From an uncultured Candidatus Saccharibacteria bacterium (lineage in GTDB: Bacteria > Patescibacteriota > Minisyncoccia > Phycocordibacterales > JACOZG01): DNA of 64,000 bases. This document shows, one piece after another, positions 1 to 9,045 of this stretch (within the stretch, counting starts at the first letter, position 1; each line of letters begins with the position of its first letter). A program made the translations under genes and the position numbers. The stretch lies in contig CAZYXJ010000001.1 of the NCBI GenBank assembly GCA_964651115.1, positions 380,243-444,242 on the forward strand, in the 5' to 3' direction. A model generated the notes under the pieces. That model was not told the DNA's origin and did not search any database. It was given only the letters and a program-made list of their open reading frames with translations.

Positions 1-11
1 TAAAAGACTTC

Positions 12-86
12 TGGTGCTCCCGGAGGGACTCGAACCCCCAACGACGGTTCCGAAGACCGTTGTGATATCCATTTCACCACGGGAGC
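12..86 (-). tRNA. tRNA-Arg(TCG)
   Basis: Reverse complement GCTCCCGTGGTGAAATGGAT...ACGGT-CTTCGGA-ACCGT...GTTCGAGTCC...GGGAGCACCA; cloverleaf with encoded CCA. Confidence 0.93.
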
Positions 87-138
87 AGTCTCCACTAGTC
101 TAGCAAAAATGAAACTCGCCTGCTATGATAACTTTGTT

Positions 139-209
139 GCGGGTATGGTTTAGTGGTAGAACACGTCCTTGCCAAGGATGAGACGGGAGTTCGATTCTCC
201 CTACCCGCA
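139..209 (+). tRNA. tRNA-Gly(GCC)
   Basis: GCGGGTA acceptor; CGTCC-TTGCCAA-GGATG anticodon arm; GTTCGATTC T-loop; no full CCA encoded. Confidence 0.93.
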
Positions 210-218
210 CCGAAAAAC

Positions 219-1709
219 GTGGCCAAAAACTACAAAATTGTGGTTCCACCTCCAGTTTCACGTGCAACTAAGGTGCTCGAAGACGGGGGATTCCAAGCCT
301 ACTTAGTAGGCGGTTGTGTGCGTGACCTTTTTCTTGATCCAGCTCCCAAATTAGGCCCAAAAGACTGGGATATTGCCACCAACGCCCAACCGGAGCAGAT
401 TGTAGCCCTCTTTCCCAAAACCTTTTACGAGAATCGCTTCGGCACCGTGACCGTCGTTAACGAGGAGATTGAAGCTGGTCCAGAACGACAAATCGAAATA
501 ACGCCCTATCGACAGGAAGGGAAGTATAGCGACAATCGCCATCCGGACGAGATTACCTGGGCCAAAACGATTGAGGAGGATCTTGGCCGACGAGACTTTA
601 CCATTAACGCCATGGCTCTTAACCACCAAACCGGGGAGTTAATTGATCCTTATGGCGGGCTAGAAGACCTAAAAAACAAGCTAATCCGGGCCGTAGGAGA
701 CGGATCAGAGCGTTTGGCCGAGGATCCCTTGCGCATTCTCCGAGGCATCCGCTTGGCGGTTGAGCTTGGTTTTACAATCGAATCAACCACCGCTGAGGCG
801 ATCCACCAGAAGGCCGAGCTAGTAAAAACCTTGTCGGCCGAGCGAGTTAGGGACGAATTTACCAAGATAATGCTTTCACGTGAACCAATGTTGGGCCTTG
901 GCTTGGCCCAAAAATTAGGCGTTTTGGCCCACTTTATACCCGAATTAGCCGAAGGAGTTCACGTGAAACAGAATGGTGACCACATTTACGATGTTTGGGA
1001 GCACACTCTCAGGGTAGCTCAACACGCCGCCGAACGCGGAGCCGCGCTCGAAGTTCGGCTAGCGGCCTTGTTCCACGACGTCGGCAAGCCCCGGACGAGG
1101 GAGTTTAGCCAAGAAAAAGGGGATTACACCTTTTACGGCCACGAAGTGGTGGGTGCCAAAATGGCCAAAAAGATTCTCGAACGCTTAAAGTTTCCCGTGA
1201 AAACTACTGAGATCGTGGTTAAGTTGGTGAGAAACCATATGTTCTTTAGCGATATTGAGAAGATTACGCTCTCAGCTGTGCGGCGAATTATCCGCAATGT
1301 TGGCCGCGAACACATTTGGGACCTAATGGAAGTACGAATGTGCGACCGAATTGGCATGGGCCGGCCAAAAGAAGAGTCCTACCGGCTCAGAAAATACGAA
1401 GCCATGATTGAGGAAGCCTTGCGGGCGCCCACTTCGGTAGGGATGCTGGCCATCAACGGCCAAGACGTTATACGTGAAACCGGTCTGCCCACCGGACCAA
1501 AAATCGGCCAGATTCTCCATGCTCTACTAGAAGAAACACTGGATAATCCTGGCCTTAATACTAAAGAAATCTTGGCCAGCAAAGCCAAAGAATTGGCCGA
1601 GTTAAGCGATGAGGAGCTAAAAAATCGGGGAGAGAGCGGCAAGGAAGCCAAAGACGAGAAGGAGGAAGAAGAATTGGCCAAAATCCGTCAGAAGTTCCAC
1701 GTGAAATGA
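219..1709 (+). CDS. cca: CCA tRNA nucleotidyltransferase / poly(A) polymerase family with HD domain
   Basis: Motifs LVGGCVRD, DWDIAT, RRDFTINAMA, EDPLRILR, HDVGKP; start moved to GTG 219 because the upstream part of the ORF is the tRNA-Gly gene. Confidence 0.88.
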   Translation: MAKNYKIVVPPPVSRATKVLEDGGFQAYLVGGCVRDLFLDPAPKLGPKDWDIATNAQPEQIVALFPKTFYENRFGTVTVVNEEIEAGPERQIEITPYRQEGKYSDNRHPDEITWAKTIEEDLGRRDFTINAMALNHQTGELIDPYGGLEDLKNKLIRAVGDGSERLAEDPLRILRGIRLAVELGFTIESTTAEAIHQKAELVKTLSAERVRDEFTKIMLSREPMLGLGLAQKLGVLAHFIPELAEGVHVKQNGDHIYDVWEHTLRVAQHAAERGAALEVRLAALFHDVGKPRTREFSQEKGDYTFYGHEVVGAKMAKKILERLKFPVKTTEIVVKLVRNHMFFSDIEKITLSAVRRIIRNVGREHIWDLMEVRMCDRIGMGRPKEESYRLRKYEAMIEEALRAPTSVGMLAINGQDVIRETGLPTGPKIGQILHALLEETLDNPGLNTKEILASKAKELAELSDEELKNRGESGKEAKDEKEEEELAKIRQKFHVK

Positions 1710-1724
1710 TTTAAAAGCAAACAA

Positions 1725-1748
1725 CCCACCTCGTGGAGGTGGATTTTG
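1725..1748. terminator. Probable bidirectional terminator hairpin
   Basis: CCACCTC-GTG-GAGGTGG stem with a T-tract on each strand, just after the cca stop. Confidence 0.55.
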
Positions 1749-2025
1749 ATGGCGCCTGGAGCATAAAAGCTAGGCGGGGACTCTGTTCAAAGGACTTGCC
1801 CACTAATGGAGAACGCGCACATAAGTGGGTGGAGAGATAAAGGCGAGAATTAAGCTGGGTGGGATAAAAAAGCTAAATTCTGCTTGGAAACTCTAAAACA
1901 CAGAGACGCTATTAAGTTGTATAGGACAGGTCCAGAACGAACGTCCTTAAAGATCAAATCGTACCTGTCCTTGATTATATAAGAGACAGCTCTAAAGGAC
2001 AACAATCTTTACTGTGGATAACTAG

Positions 2026-2931
2026 CTAGCGTCGGCGGCGGTTGTGGAAATTTTTGTGGATGTCACGGAGATGTTTGTCGGTAACGTGAGTATAAATCTG
2101 AGTGGTCGCAATATTGGCATGACCAAGCATTGCTTGGACGGCGCGGATATCCGCGCCGTTTTGGAGCAGGTCAGTCGCAAAACTATGGCGTAAAGTATGG
2201 GGCGTAACCTTGCGCGTAATGCCCGAACGGACAGCATAATGCTTAATAATCCGCTCCAGACTGCGTGACGTTAAGCGGTCAACATCTTTGCCCTTCTGGA
2301 GACGAGATCTAAGATTAACAAACAAGGCTTCGGAAACATCTTCACGCTTGTCTAAGTAAGCACGCACCGCCGATCTAGCGGCCTCCGACAAGAAGACCAG
2401 CCGAACCTTTTCGCCCTTGCCGCGGACCGAAAACTCATCCTTCTTTAGATCTAAATCGCGGTCCAAACTGCCAAGCTCCGAAACGCGCAAGCCGGTAGAG
2501 AAGAAGAGCTCTAAGATGGCTCGATCACGTAAGGACTTAAGATCCTGGCCCTTGGGTGCCGCTAGTAGGCGATTGAGCTCTTCAGTCGTAATCAGATCCA
2601 ATTCGCGGGCCGGCGTTTTGGCCAATTCGATCCGATTGGGCTCAAGCGTCTTAACGCCGCGCTTAATTAAGTACTTTAAAAAGGTCCTAAGTGCGATTAA
2701 ATAGTAATTTTGAGTGTTCTTTTTAAGCGTCCCGCGGCCAGCCGCCTGGCGGTTAAGCCAAAGACGAAAAGAACGGACGGACTCATCATTTATCTGATCA
2801 GCTCGTTTTAACTTAGTAAATACCAAAAAACGGGTTAAATAACGGTCATAGTTAGCCACGGTTAACAAGGAGCGCCCCTTCTCAATCTCCAGATACTCTA
2901 AGAACTCCTGTTTAAGCCGCGCCAAGTCCAT
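2026..2931 (-). CDS. Tyrosine recombinase, XerC/XerD family
   Basis: RDRAILELFFSTGLRVSEL, VRGKGEKVR, HTLRHSFATDLL, LGHANIATTQIY catalytic motifs. Confidence 0.93.
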   Translation of the reverse strand: MDLARLKQEFLEYLEIEKGRSLLTVANYDRYLTRFLVFTKLKRADQINDESVRSFRLWLNRQAAGRGTLKKNTQNYYLIALRTFLKYLIKRGVKTLEPNRIELAKTPARELDLITTEELNRLLAAPKGQDLKSLRDRAILELFFSTGLRVSELGSLDRDLDLKKDEFSVRGKGEKVRLVFLSEAARSAVRAYLDKREDVSEALFVNLRSRLQKGKDVDRLTSRSLERIIKHYAVRSGITRKVTPHTLRHSFATDLLQNGADIRAVQAMLGHANIATTQIYTHVTDKHLRDIHKNFHNRRRR

Positions 2932-2990
2932 ATTCTTAGTAGTATAACCCGAACTTGCTTTTTAAAAGAATGCGTGCTAGTATCCTAGCC

Positions 2991-3248
2991 ATGCTGTCAC
3001 TGAAGAAAAAGCAAAATATTATTAAGAAAAGCCGGTCCCACGAAAAGGATACCGGCTCGTCCGAGGTGCAAATCGCCCTTTTGAATGAACGTATTAGCGA
3101 CTTAACCAAACATTTAAAAAAGAATCAGAAGGACAATAGTTCTCGTCGCGGCTTGCTCAAGCTGGTTTCCCAGCGCCGCGCTCATGAGAAGTATGTGACA
3201 GCAAAGCAGGCGAAAGCCACCGCGAAAGCCGCCTCGGCTAAGAAATAA
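2991..3248 (+). CDS. rpsO: 30S ribosomal protein S15
   Basis: [15 protein letters not shown]...[23 protein letters not shown]. Confidence 0.95.
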   Translation: MLSLKKKQNIIKKSRSHEKDTGSSEVQIALLNERISDLTKHLKKNQKDNSSRRGLLKLVSQRRAHEKYVTAKQAKATAKAASAKK

Positions 3249-3254
3249 TTTGGA

Positions 3255-3833
3255 ATGCCCATAATTAAACATCGGGGTCAACGTATCGCCATTCTAATCG
3301 ATACGCAGAACCTCTATCACTGTGCCAAGAATTTATATCAAGCACGGGTCAATTTTGCCGCTGTTTTAAAAGAAGCCGTGGCTGATCGGACGCTTGTCCG
3401 CGCCGTGGCCTACATGGTTACGACCGAAGCCGGGGACGAAAAGAACTTCCTCGACTCCCTCCACAAAATGGGAATCGAAGTAAAATCGAAGGATTTGCAA
3501 ATCTTTGCTGGGGGAGCGAAAAAAGCTGACTGGGACGTTGGCTTGGCCGTCGACGCCATTAAATTAGCCCCCAAAGTTGATGCCATCATCATCGCCTCCG
3601 GCGACGGCGACTTTGTACCCCTAGTAGAATACTTACAAATCCACTCGGGTAATCAGGTGGAAGTCATCGCCTTTGGCCGAAGCACTTCGGGCAAACTTAA
3701 AGAAGCGGCTGACGACTTTATTGATCTCTGCGATAATCCTCGCAAATATCTATTGCGTAGTGGTTCGCCCCGTCGTTCGCCCCGTCGCGAAGGCGAAAAT
3801 GGCAACAACTCAGCGCCCGCCGCGACTAACTAA
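3255..3833 (+). CDS. NYN domain (LabA/DUF88) protein
   Basis: IDTQNL, KADWDVGLAVD, SGDGDFVPLV, ADDFIDL motifs. Confidence 0.88.
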   Translation: MPIIKHRGQRIAILIDTQNLYHCAKNLYQARVNFAAVLKEAVADRTLVRAVAYMVTTEAGDEKNFLDSLHKMGIEVKSKDLQIFAGGAKKADWDVGLAVDAIKLAPKVDAIIIASGDGDFVPLVEYLQIHSGNQVEVIAFGRSTSGKLKEAADDFIDLCDNPRKYLLRSGSPRRSPRREGENGNNSAPAATN

Positions 3834-3872
3834 TCTGGTACGATTCGCTCGGCTCGTAGTATAATAAGAGCG

Positions 3873-4427
3873 ATGCCTGACATTATAACTCCCTTGGGGG
3901 GTGAGGATGCTCGCGAAGCCGCTCGTCGCGCTCTCGAGGGTCCAGAACACACCGCCAAAAGAGAACAAGAAGAGAAGGAAAAGGTCCTCGCCGCCGAGCG
4001 CAGCGTTTTAGAAACCAAACTAAGCGAAATCGTCGCTCAGAAAGAAAAATTAGAGCTCGCTTGGATTGAGCTCGACAATCAACGCAAGGCCGTCCGCACC
4101 GTGCTTAACCCCCTCGTGACCCAAGAGAAAAAGCTCGAAGAAGAGGAGGCGACCCTAGAACAAACCGAAGCCGCGGCCGCTGACCCGGCCGAGCGCCACG
4201 CGACCGAAGAAAAGCGCTGGGCCATTCAAGCCGAGCGAAAGGCGTTAGAAGAAAAGAAGTGGACCGAAGAACAAAAGATTTTAGCCATTGAGCAGACGAT
4301 TGAGGCCAACACCAAGCAATACCGAGCCCTCTTGGAAGAAGAGGACCGAGCCCGAGTAAAACTTGATCAGTTAAAGCTTGCCCAAATTCCCAATGCCGCC
4401 AACCCCATCAAACCCAGCGGAGAATAG
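3873..4427 (+). CDS. Hypothetical coiled-coil protein
   Basis: E/K/A-rich heptad pattern; TATAAT 7 nt before the ATG. Confidence 0.7.
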   Translation: MPDIITPLGGEDAREAARRALEGPEHTAKREQEEKEKVLAAERSVLETKLSEIVAQKEKLELAWIELDNQRKAVRTVLNPLVTQEKKLEEEEATLEQTEAAAADPAERHATEEKRWAIQAERKALEEKKWTEEQKILAIEQTIEANTKQYRALLEEEDRARVKLDQLKLAQIPNAANPIKPSGE

Positions 4428-5595
4428 TGACCCGAAAACAGAAGCCAAGCGGGCCCTAGGCGGTGAGGACCGCGTTTTGGCCGAGCAGGCCGCCGAGGCG
4501 GCTCTAGAAAAGCGCCGCCTCGAGGCGGCGCGAGCAATGGAAGGGGAAGTGGAGCGTAAGCGACGCGAAGTTCGAGAATTTCAGCGGCGCGAGCGAGAAC
4601 TCGCGACGGCCAATAGTGCCAGCGCCCAAGCCGCCGCCGCCGAACAGGCGGCGTGGCAGGCCGCCCAAACCAAAGCGGCGGCGGCCAAAGCCCAACGGCT
4701 CGAATCCCGCGAGGCGCAAGCCCGACTCGAACGCATCGACCAAGCCACGACGCAAGTTAGCGAACTCCAAAAAGCCCCCGTTAATCTTAACCCCCTCCGA
4801 ACGCTCCGAAGCGATATGGCCAAGGCCGTCCGCGAAGATGGCGTCTCGGCGGCCTCAATCGCCCAAAGCGAAGACGGGCGACGCGCTCTGGCCACGGGCG
4901 AACCCACCCCGCCAAGCTCACGCGGGCTCTGGATAATTATTAGTCTCGTCGTCATTGGTGGAGGCTTTGGTGGTTGGTGGTATTGGTCTAACCAATCTCC
5001 CGCGGTCTCCACGCCCACGCCCAACCCCGTCACTCCCGTGGCTAATCTAATTTTTGCCGAAAACACCTTAGATCTGCCGCTCGACACCGCTCGCACTCCG
5101 GGCGACGTAACCGGCGCCATCAACCAAATCCTTAACAGTCCACCAAACGGCTTGATCGCTCTAACGCCCACCACTGGCGGCGCCCCCATCTCTTTAATCG
5201 CGCTGGGAGAAAAAATCAAATGGCAACCACCCGCCTCCTTAGTGAACATTTTCGAACCAGCGTTTATGCTTGGCGCTCACCAGAGCGCCTCGAGCACCGA
5301 ACGTTTTCTGATTTTAAAAACTCGACTGTATGATCAAGCCTTTGCCGGCATGATTGCTTGGGAAAAGACCCTCGCCGATGATCTCTGGCCGCTCTTGACC
5401 AAAAACAGCACGGCCGCGCCCTTGATCACTAACTACAGCGACAAGTTGGTGCGCAACAAAGACGCCCGTCAAGCCACTCGTCCAGACGGTTCGGTAGTAA
5501 TCTTTTACGGCTTTCTAGACCAAAACACGATTGCGATCACCACTAATCAGGCCACCTTTAGCGAACTAGCCCTCCGCTACAGCAATCGTCAATAG
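4393..5595 (+). CDS. Hypothetical single-pass membrane protein (cytoplasmic coiled coil plus extracellular domain)
   Basis: Coiled coil, TM segment GLWIIISLVVIGGGFGGWWYW, Pro/Thr linker, globular C-terminus. Confidence 0.7.
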   Translation: MPPTPSNPAENSDPKTEAKRALGGEDRVLAEQAAEAALEKRRLEAARAMEGEVERKRREVREFQRRERELATANSASAQAAAAEQAAWQAAQTKAAAAKAQRLESREAQARLERIDQATTQVSELQKAPVNLNPLRTLRSDMAKAVREDGVSAASIAQSEDGRRALATGEPTPPSSRGLWIIISLVVIGGGFGGWWYWSNQSPAVSTPTPNPVTPVANLIFAENTLDLPLDTARTPGDVTGAINQILNSPPNGLIALTPTTGGAPISLIALGEKIKWQPPASLVNIFEPAFMLGAHQSASSTERFLILKTRLYDQAFAGMIAWEKTLADDLWPLLTKNSTAAPLITNYSDKLVRNKDARQATRPDGSVVIFYGFLDQNTIAITTNQATFSELALRYSNRQ

Positions 5596-5636
5596 TTGGG
5601 CTTGCTATCCACGGGCGAGGGGAGTAGAATTGGATT

Positions 5637-5972
5637 ATGGCTATTGATTACGAATATTTTAAAGAGAAACTCTTAAACGAAAAGCGCCTACTGGAGGAAG
5701 AGCGGGCCAATCAACCAAGCAGTCCTGCGGCTGAGTTTAATGACGAGATTGCCGACCGACTCGAAGAGCAAGAAGAACGTCAGGCCACTAACGTTGAGGT
5801 GGATCATCGCTACAAATTAGTCCTCCACGCCCTCCGCCGTCTAGAAGAGGGGACTTATGGCATCTGCGAGATCTCGGGCGCGCCCATTGAGGCGAAACGC
5901 CTCGAGGCCAATCCCGCCGCCCGGACCGCCAAAGCTCATCTCGACCAAGAAGACAGTCTGCCTATTGCCTAA
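5637..5972 (+). CDS. TraR/DksA family transcriptional regulator
   Basis: ALRRLEEGTYGICEISGAPIEAKRLEANPAART; zinc ligands largely lost. Confidence 0.82.
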   Translation: MAIDYEYFKEKLLNEKRLLEEERANQPSSPAAEFNDEIADRLEEQEERQATNVEVDHRYKLVLHALRRLEEGTYGICEISGAPIEAKRLEANPAARTAKAHLDQEDSLPIA

Positions 5973-5978
5973 ACCTCC

Positions 5979-7538
5979 ATGGTTTCCAAACTTCACTCGG
6001 CACAAGTTGTCGGCCTCTCGGCTAACCACATTATTGTTGAGGTTGATATTGCCAAGGGCCTCCACTCCTTTGCCATTGTTGGCCTACCCGACAAGGCCAT
6101 TGAAGAATCTAAAGATCGCATTAGCGCCGCGATCAAAAATTCGGGCTTTAAGTCTCCCCAAAAGAGCAACAAAAAAGTAATCGTTAGTCTCGCTCCGGCC
6201 GATCTAAAAAAAGAAGGGCCGGTTTTTGATTTAGCGATCGCAATGGCCTACCTGTTGGCCGGAAAAGAAATAAATTTTAACTCTGATCACCGTCTGATTG
6301 TAGGCGAGCTAGCCCTAGACGGAAGCGTCCGGGCAATTAAGGGCGCGCTGATGATTGCCCGCCTCGCCAAGAAGGCCGGCTTTCGCGAATTATATCTGCC
6401 CAGAGCTAACGCCGCCGAAGCCGCTTTGATCACCGATCTAACCGTCTACCCCGTAGACACACTCAGGCAGCTAGCTGATCATCTCTCGCCGCCCAATCCG
6501 ACGGACGAGCTAGAGCCACCCGTGCGACAAGAAATTATCCCGGCGCCCGCGACCAAGATCGTTTACGCCGAAGCTCATTACCCAAGCGACATGAGCGAGA
6601 TCCGCGGCCAAGAGACCGCTAAGCGGGGACTAGAGATCGCGGCGGCCGGCGGTCACAACGTGGCGATGTCTGGACCACCGGGAACCGGCAAAACGATGCT
6701 GGCTAAAGCCTTTACCTCCATCCTGCCACCGCTCTCGTTTAACGACATTTTAGAAGTGACGGGCATCCATTCGGCCGCTGGATTACTAGAAGAAACCTTA
6801 ATCACCGCGGCACCCTTCCGCTCACCTCATCACACCTCCTCCTATGTTTCGCTCGTCGGTGGCGGGGCCTGGCCTAAACCAGGCGAGATCACCTTGGCGC
6901 ATCGCGGCGTCTTATTTTTAGACGAATTCCCAGAATTTGAAAAACGAGTCATTGAGGCGCTCCGCCAGCCGCTCGAGGATCGAGTGATCAACGTCGCTCG
7001 AGCCCGAGGCAGTCTGAGCTTTCCGGCTGATTTTATTTTGATCGCGGCCATGAATCCTTGCCCCTGCGGCCACCGCGGCTCGCGCGGTCGGGAATGCGTC
7101 TGCTCACCAATGGCCCTAGCTCGTTATGGACGAAAAATTTCGGGACCAATTATTGATCGTATTGATCTGTGGCTAGAAGTCGGCCCAATTGATCACGAAA
7201 AATTAGCCGGGCCAACCCTGGGGGAAAGTTCGGCTAGTTTGCGAGCGCGAGTGGAAGGAGCGCGAGCCCGCCAGGCGGCGCGCCTGCGCGCCGCCGGCCG
7301 CGAAGCCCGGACCAACAGCCAACTAAACACCAAGGACTTACGCCTCTTGGCGCCTCTCTCGGAGAGTAGCACCAAACTGCTAAACGAGGCGGCCAAAAAA
7401 TTAGACCTTTCCGCTCGCGCCTATCATCGAATCATTAAACTAGCCCGGACCATCGCCGATTTGGCGGATGAGGCGGGGATTAAAGACGAACATCTCATCG
7501 AAGCTTTGCAATATCGCCCGCGAACTATTGCGGTCTAG
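5979..7538 (+). CDS. comM: YifB/ComM Mg-chelatase-like AAA+ ATPase
   Basis: IVGLPDKAIEES, GPPGTGKTML, PFRSPHH, LFLDEFPEF, AMNPCPCG, ARTIADL. Confidence 0.92.
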   Translation: MVSKLHSAQVVGLSANHIIVEVDIAKGLHSFAIVGLPDKAIEESKDRISAAIKNSGFKSPQKSNKKVIVSLAPADLKKEGPVFDLAIAMAYLLAGKEINFNSDHRLIVGELALDGSVRAIKGALMIARLAKKAGFRELYLPRANAAEAALITDLTVYPVDTLRQLADHLSPPNPTDELEPPVRQEIIPAPATKIVYAEAHYPSDMSEIRGQETAKRGLEIAAAGGHNVAMSGPPGTGKTMLAKAFTSILPPLSFNDILEVTGIHSAAGLLEETLITAAPFRSPHHTSSYVSLVGGGAWPKPGEITLAHRGVLFLDEFPEFEKRVIEALRQPLEDRVINVARARGSLSFPADFILIAAMNPCPCGHRGSRGRECVCSPMALARYGRKISGPIIDRIDLWLEVGPIDHEKLAGPTLGESSASLRARVEGARARQAARLRAAGREARTNSQLNTKDLRLLAPLSESSTKLLNEAAKKLDLSARAYHRIIKLARTIADLADEAGIKDEHLIEALQYRPRTIAV

Positions 7539-7619
7539 AAGAAAAATTTTTACAATAGTACACGGAAATCGATCATCGGGATCGCCATCGTCACTTCTTT
7601 CTTGAGAGGAGACTGCGCA

Positions 7620-7763
7620 ATGGAAAACAACCAGAGCGAATACTTGTTCCCAGGGTGCGAACCAATCGACCCACCCAAAGTCGTCCCACCAGAACAATCC
7701 CCGGAAACGACTGAAGCCGAGGAGCCCACCAAGGCGGCAGCCTCGGAATTCCCCAGCCAGTAA
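7620..7763 (+). CDS. Small Pro/Glu-rich hypothetical protein (47 aa), not in the ORF track
   Basis: AGGAG 8 nt before the ATG; MENNQSEYLFPGCEPIDPPK...; followed by a terminator. Confidence 0.5.
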   Translation: MENNQSEYLFPGCEPIDPPKVVPPEQSPETTEAEEPTKAAASEFPSQ

Positions 7764-7795
7764 GCAAAACTCAACCGCTCACCTTAGGGACCCCG

Positions 7796-7835
7796 ATCCC
7801 CCGAAGACTTGCCAATCTCCGGGGGATTTTTTTAT
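7796..7835 (+). terminator. Rho-independent terminator
   Basis: ATCCCCCG...CGGGGGAT stem followed by a T-tract. Confidence 0.65.
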
Positions 7836-8899
7836 TAAAACGGATTCTTCGCGCCGCGAATTTCGAAATGGAGGTGAGTGCCGGTCGAGCGGCCGGTATT
7901 ACCCATATAACCAATAACCTGGCCCTGCGTGACTCGCGCCCCCATCGCCACCGCGGTTGATTGGAGGTGAGCGTACAAAGTCTGAGTCCCATTGGAGTGG
8001 GAAATAACCACGTAATTACCATAGCCACCATTCCAACCACCCTCACGACTAATAATTACCTGCCCCGCGGCCGAAGCGAGAATTGGAGTCCCCGCTTTAG
8101 AAGCGAGGTCCACACCGTTATAACCGTGTAGGCCTTGAGTTTTTACTCCGCCCGCCAATGGCCGCAAATAATAGCCCGCGTAACTTGGTCCGGTACTGCC
8201 CTTAACCGGTGACTTGGCACCCGGCTTAGTCGTCGTCACTGGCGCCACCTCGCCATTAGGCACAATCACCACCTGACCAACCTTAACTTCGTCGCTTTCT
8301 AAGCCGTTAAATTGGGCGATTTCCGTCGCGTCACCCTTATATTTTTTAGCGATGCTGGCCAAAGTTTCTCCGCGCGCCACCGTATGACGGACACCAGAAA
8401 CTGGCAAAATAATCAAAATCTGACCTTCCTTAAGTGGCGTCTTGGCCGACATATCGTTAGCCCAAGCAATCGTGTTGACCGAGACGCCATACATCTCGGC
8501 GATTTGCGAAATAGAATCGCCAGCCCGCACCACATAGACACTAATCTCGTCGGTGGTGGGGGAATCATCAAGATCCGCCAAAGTACCTTCTGGGCCAGAT
8601 TCGGCCAAGAGAGCTGAGCCCGAAACAATAGTGTTGTCGCCACCACCCAAACCTCGTCCCGAACCCAAATTAACGCCCAAACTTGGCTCTAAACCAATCT
8701 TTTGGGAATTAACCGCGGCCAGATTAGACCCCGCTTCCACTCGAGCGGAAGAGATGACGTCAAACCAAGAAAAGAAACCGGCCTCAACTGGTCGGGGGGC
8801 AACCCCGCCGGCCAAGATCACCGCGGCTAAAATGGCAACAAAAACTGGCCCGAAACGTCGTGCCCTTGAGAAATCGCTATTAAATTGAGGTCGATCCAA
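7835..8899 (-). CDS. LysM-domain M23 family peptidoglycan endopeptidase
   Basis: N-terminal TM/signal; two LysM repeats (YVVRAGDSISQIA, HTVARGETLASIA); M23 motifs GVDLA, YAHL, TGTHLHFE. Confidence 0.9.
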   Translation of the reverse strand: MDRPQFNSDFSRARRFGPVFVAILAAVILAGGVAPRPVEAGFFSWFDVISSARVEAGSNLAAVNSQKIGLEPSLGVNLGSGRGLGGGDNTIVSGSALLAESGPEGTLADLDDSPTTDEISVYVVRAGDSISQIAEMYGVSVNTIAWANDMSAKTPLKEGQILIILPVSGVRHTVARGETLASIAKKYKGDATEIAQFNGLESDEVKVGQVVIVPNGEVAPVTTTKPGAKSPVKGSTGPSYAGYYLRPLAGGVKTQGLHGYNGVDLASKAGTPILASAAGQVIISREGGWNGGYGNYVVISHSNGTQTLYAHLQSTAVAMGARVTQGQVIGYMGNTGRSTGTHLHFEIRGAKNPF

Positions 8900-9045
8900 A
8901 ATAAGCCTTAAAGTAAGCCCCGCTATTGATGTTCCGGTCGTAAAATGGCTCTACATAGCCATTTTAATCAATCATTCATCCAAGCTACGGAGGCATTATA
9001 GCGTCCTCTCCGCCAGCAGGCAAGCTATGTTACACTAAAGCGCAC

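Noticed and set aside
153-218. N-terminal extension of the cca ORF (likewise the ORF starts at 54186 and 59566)
   Set aside because: These overlap tRNA genes; the downstream starts are better supported.
1968-1980. 13-bp match TCCTTGATTATAT shared with 62186-62198
   Set aside because: Matches of this length are expected by chance in 64 kb, and half of it is the -10 consensus.
2026-2931. Tyrosine recombinase near tRNAs as a prophage, ICE or integron integrase
   Set aside because: It looks like housekeeping XerC/D, is flanked by core genes, and no duplicated tRNA end or IntI-specific insertion is evident.
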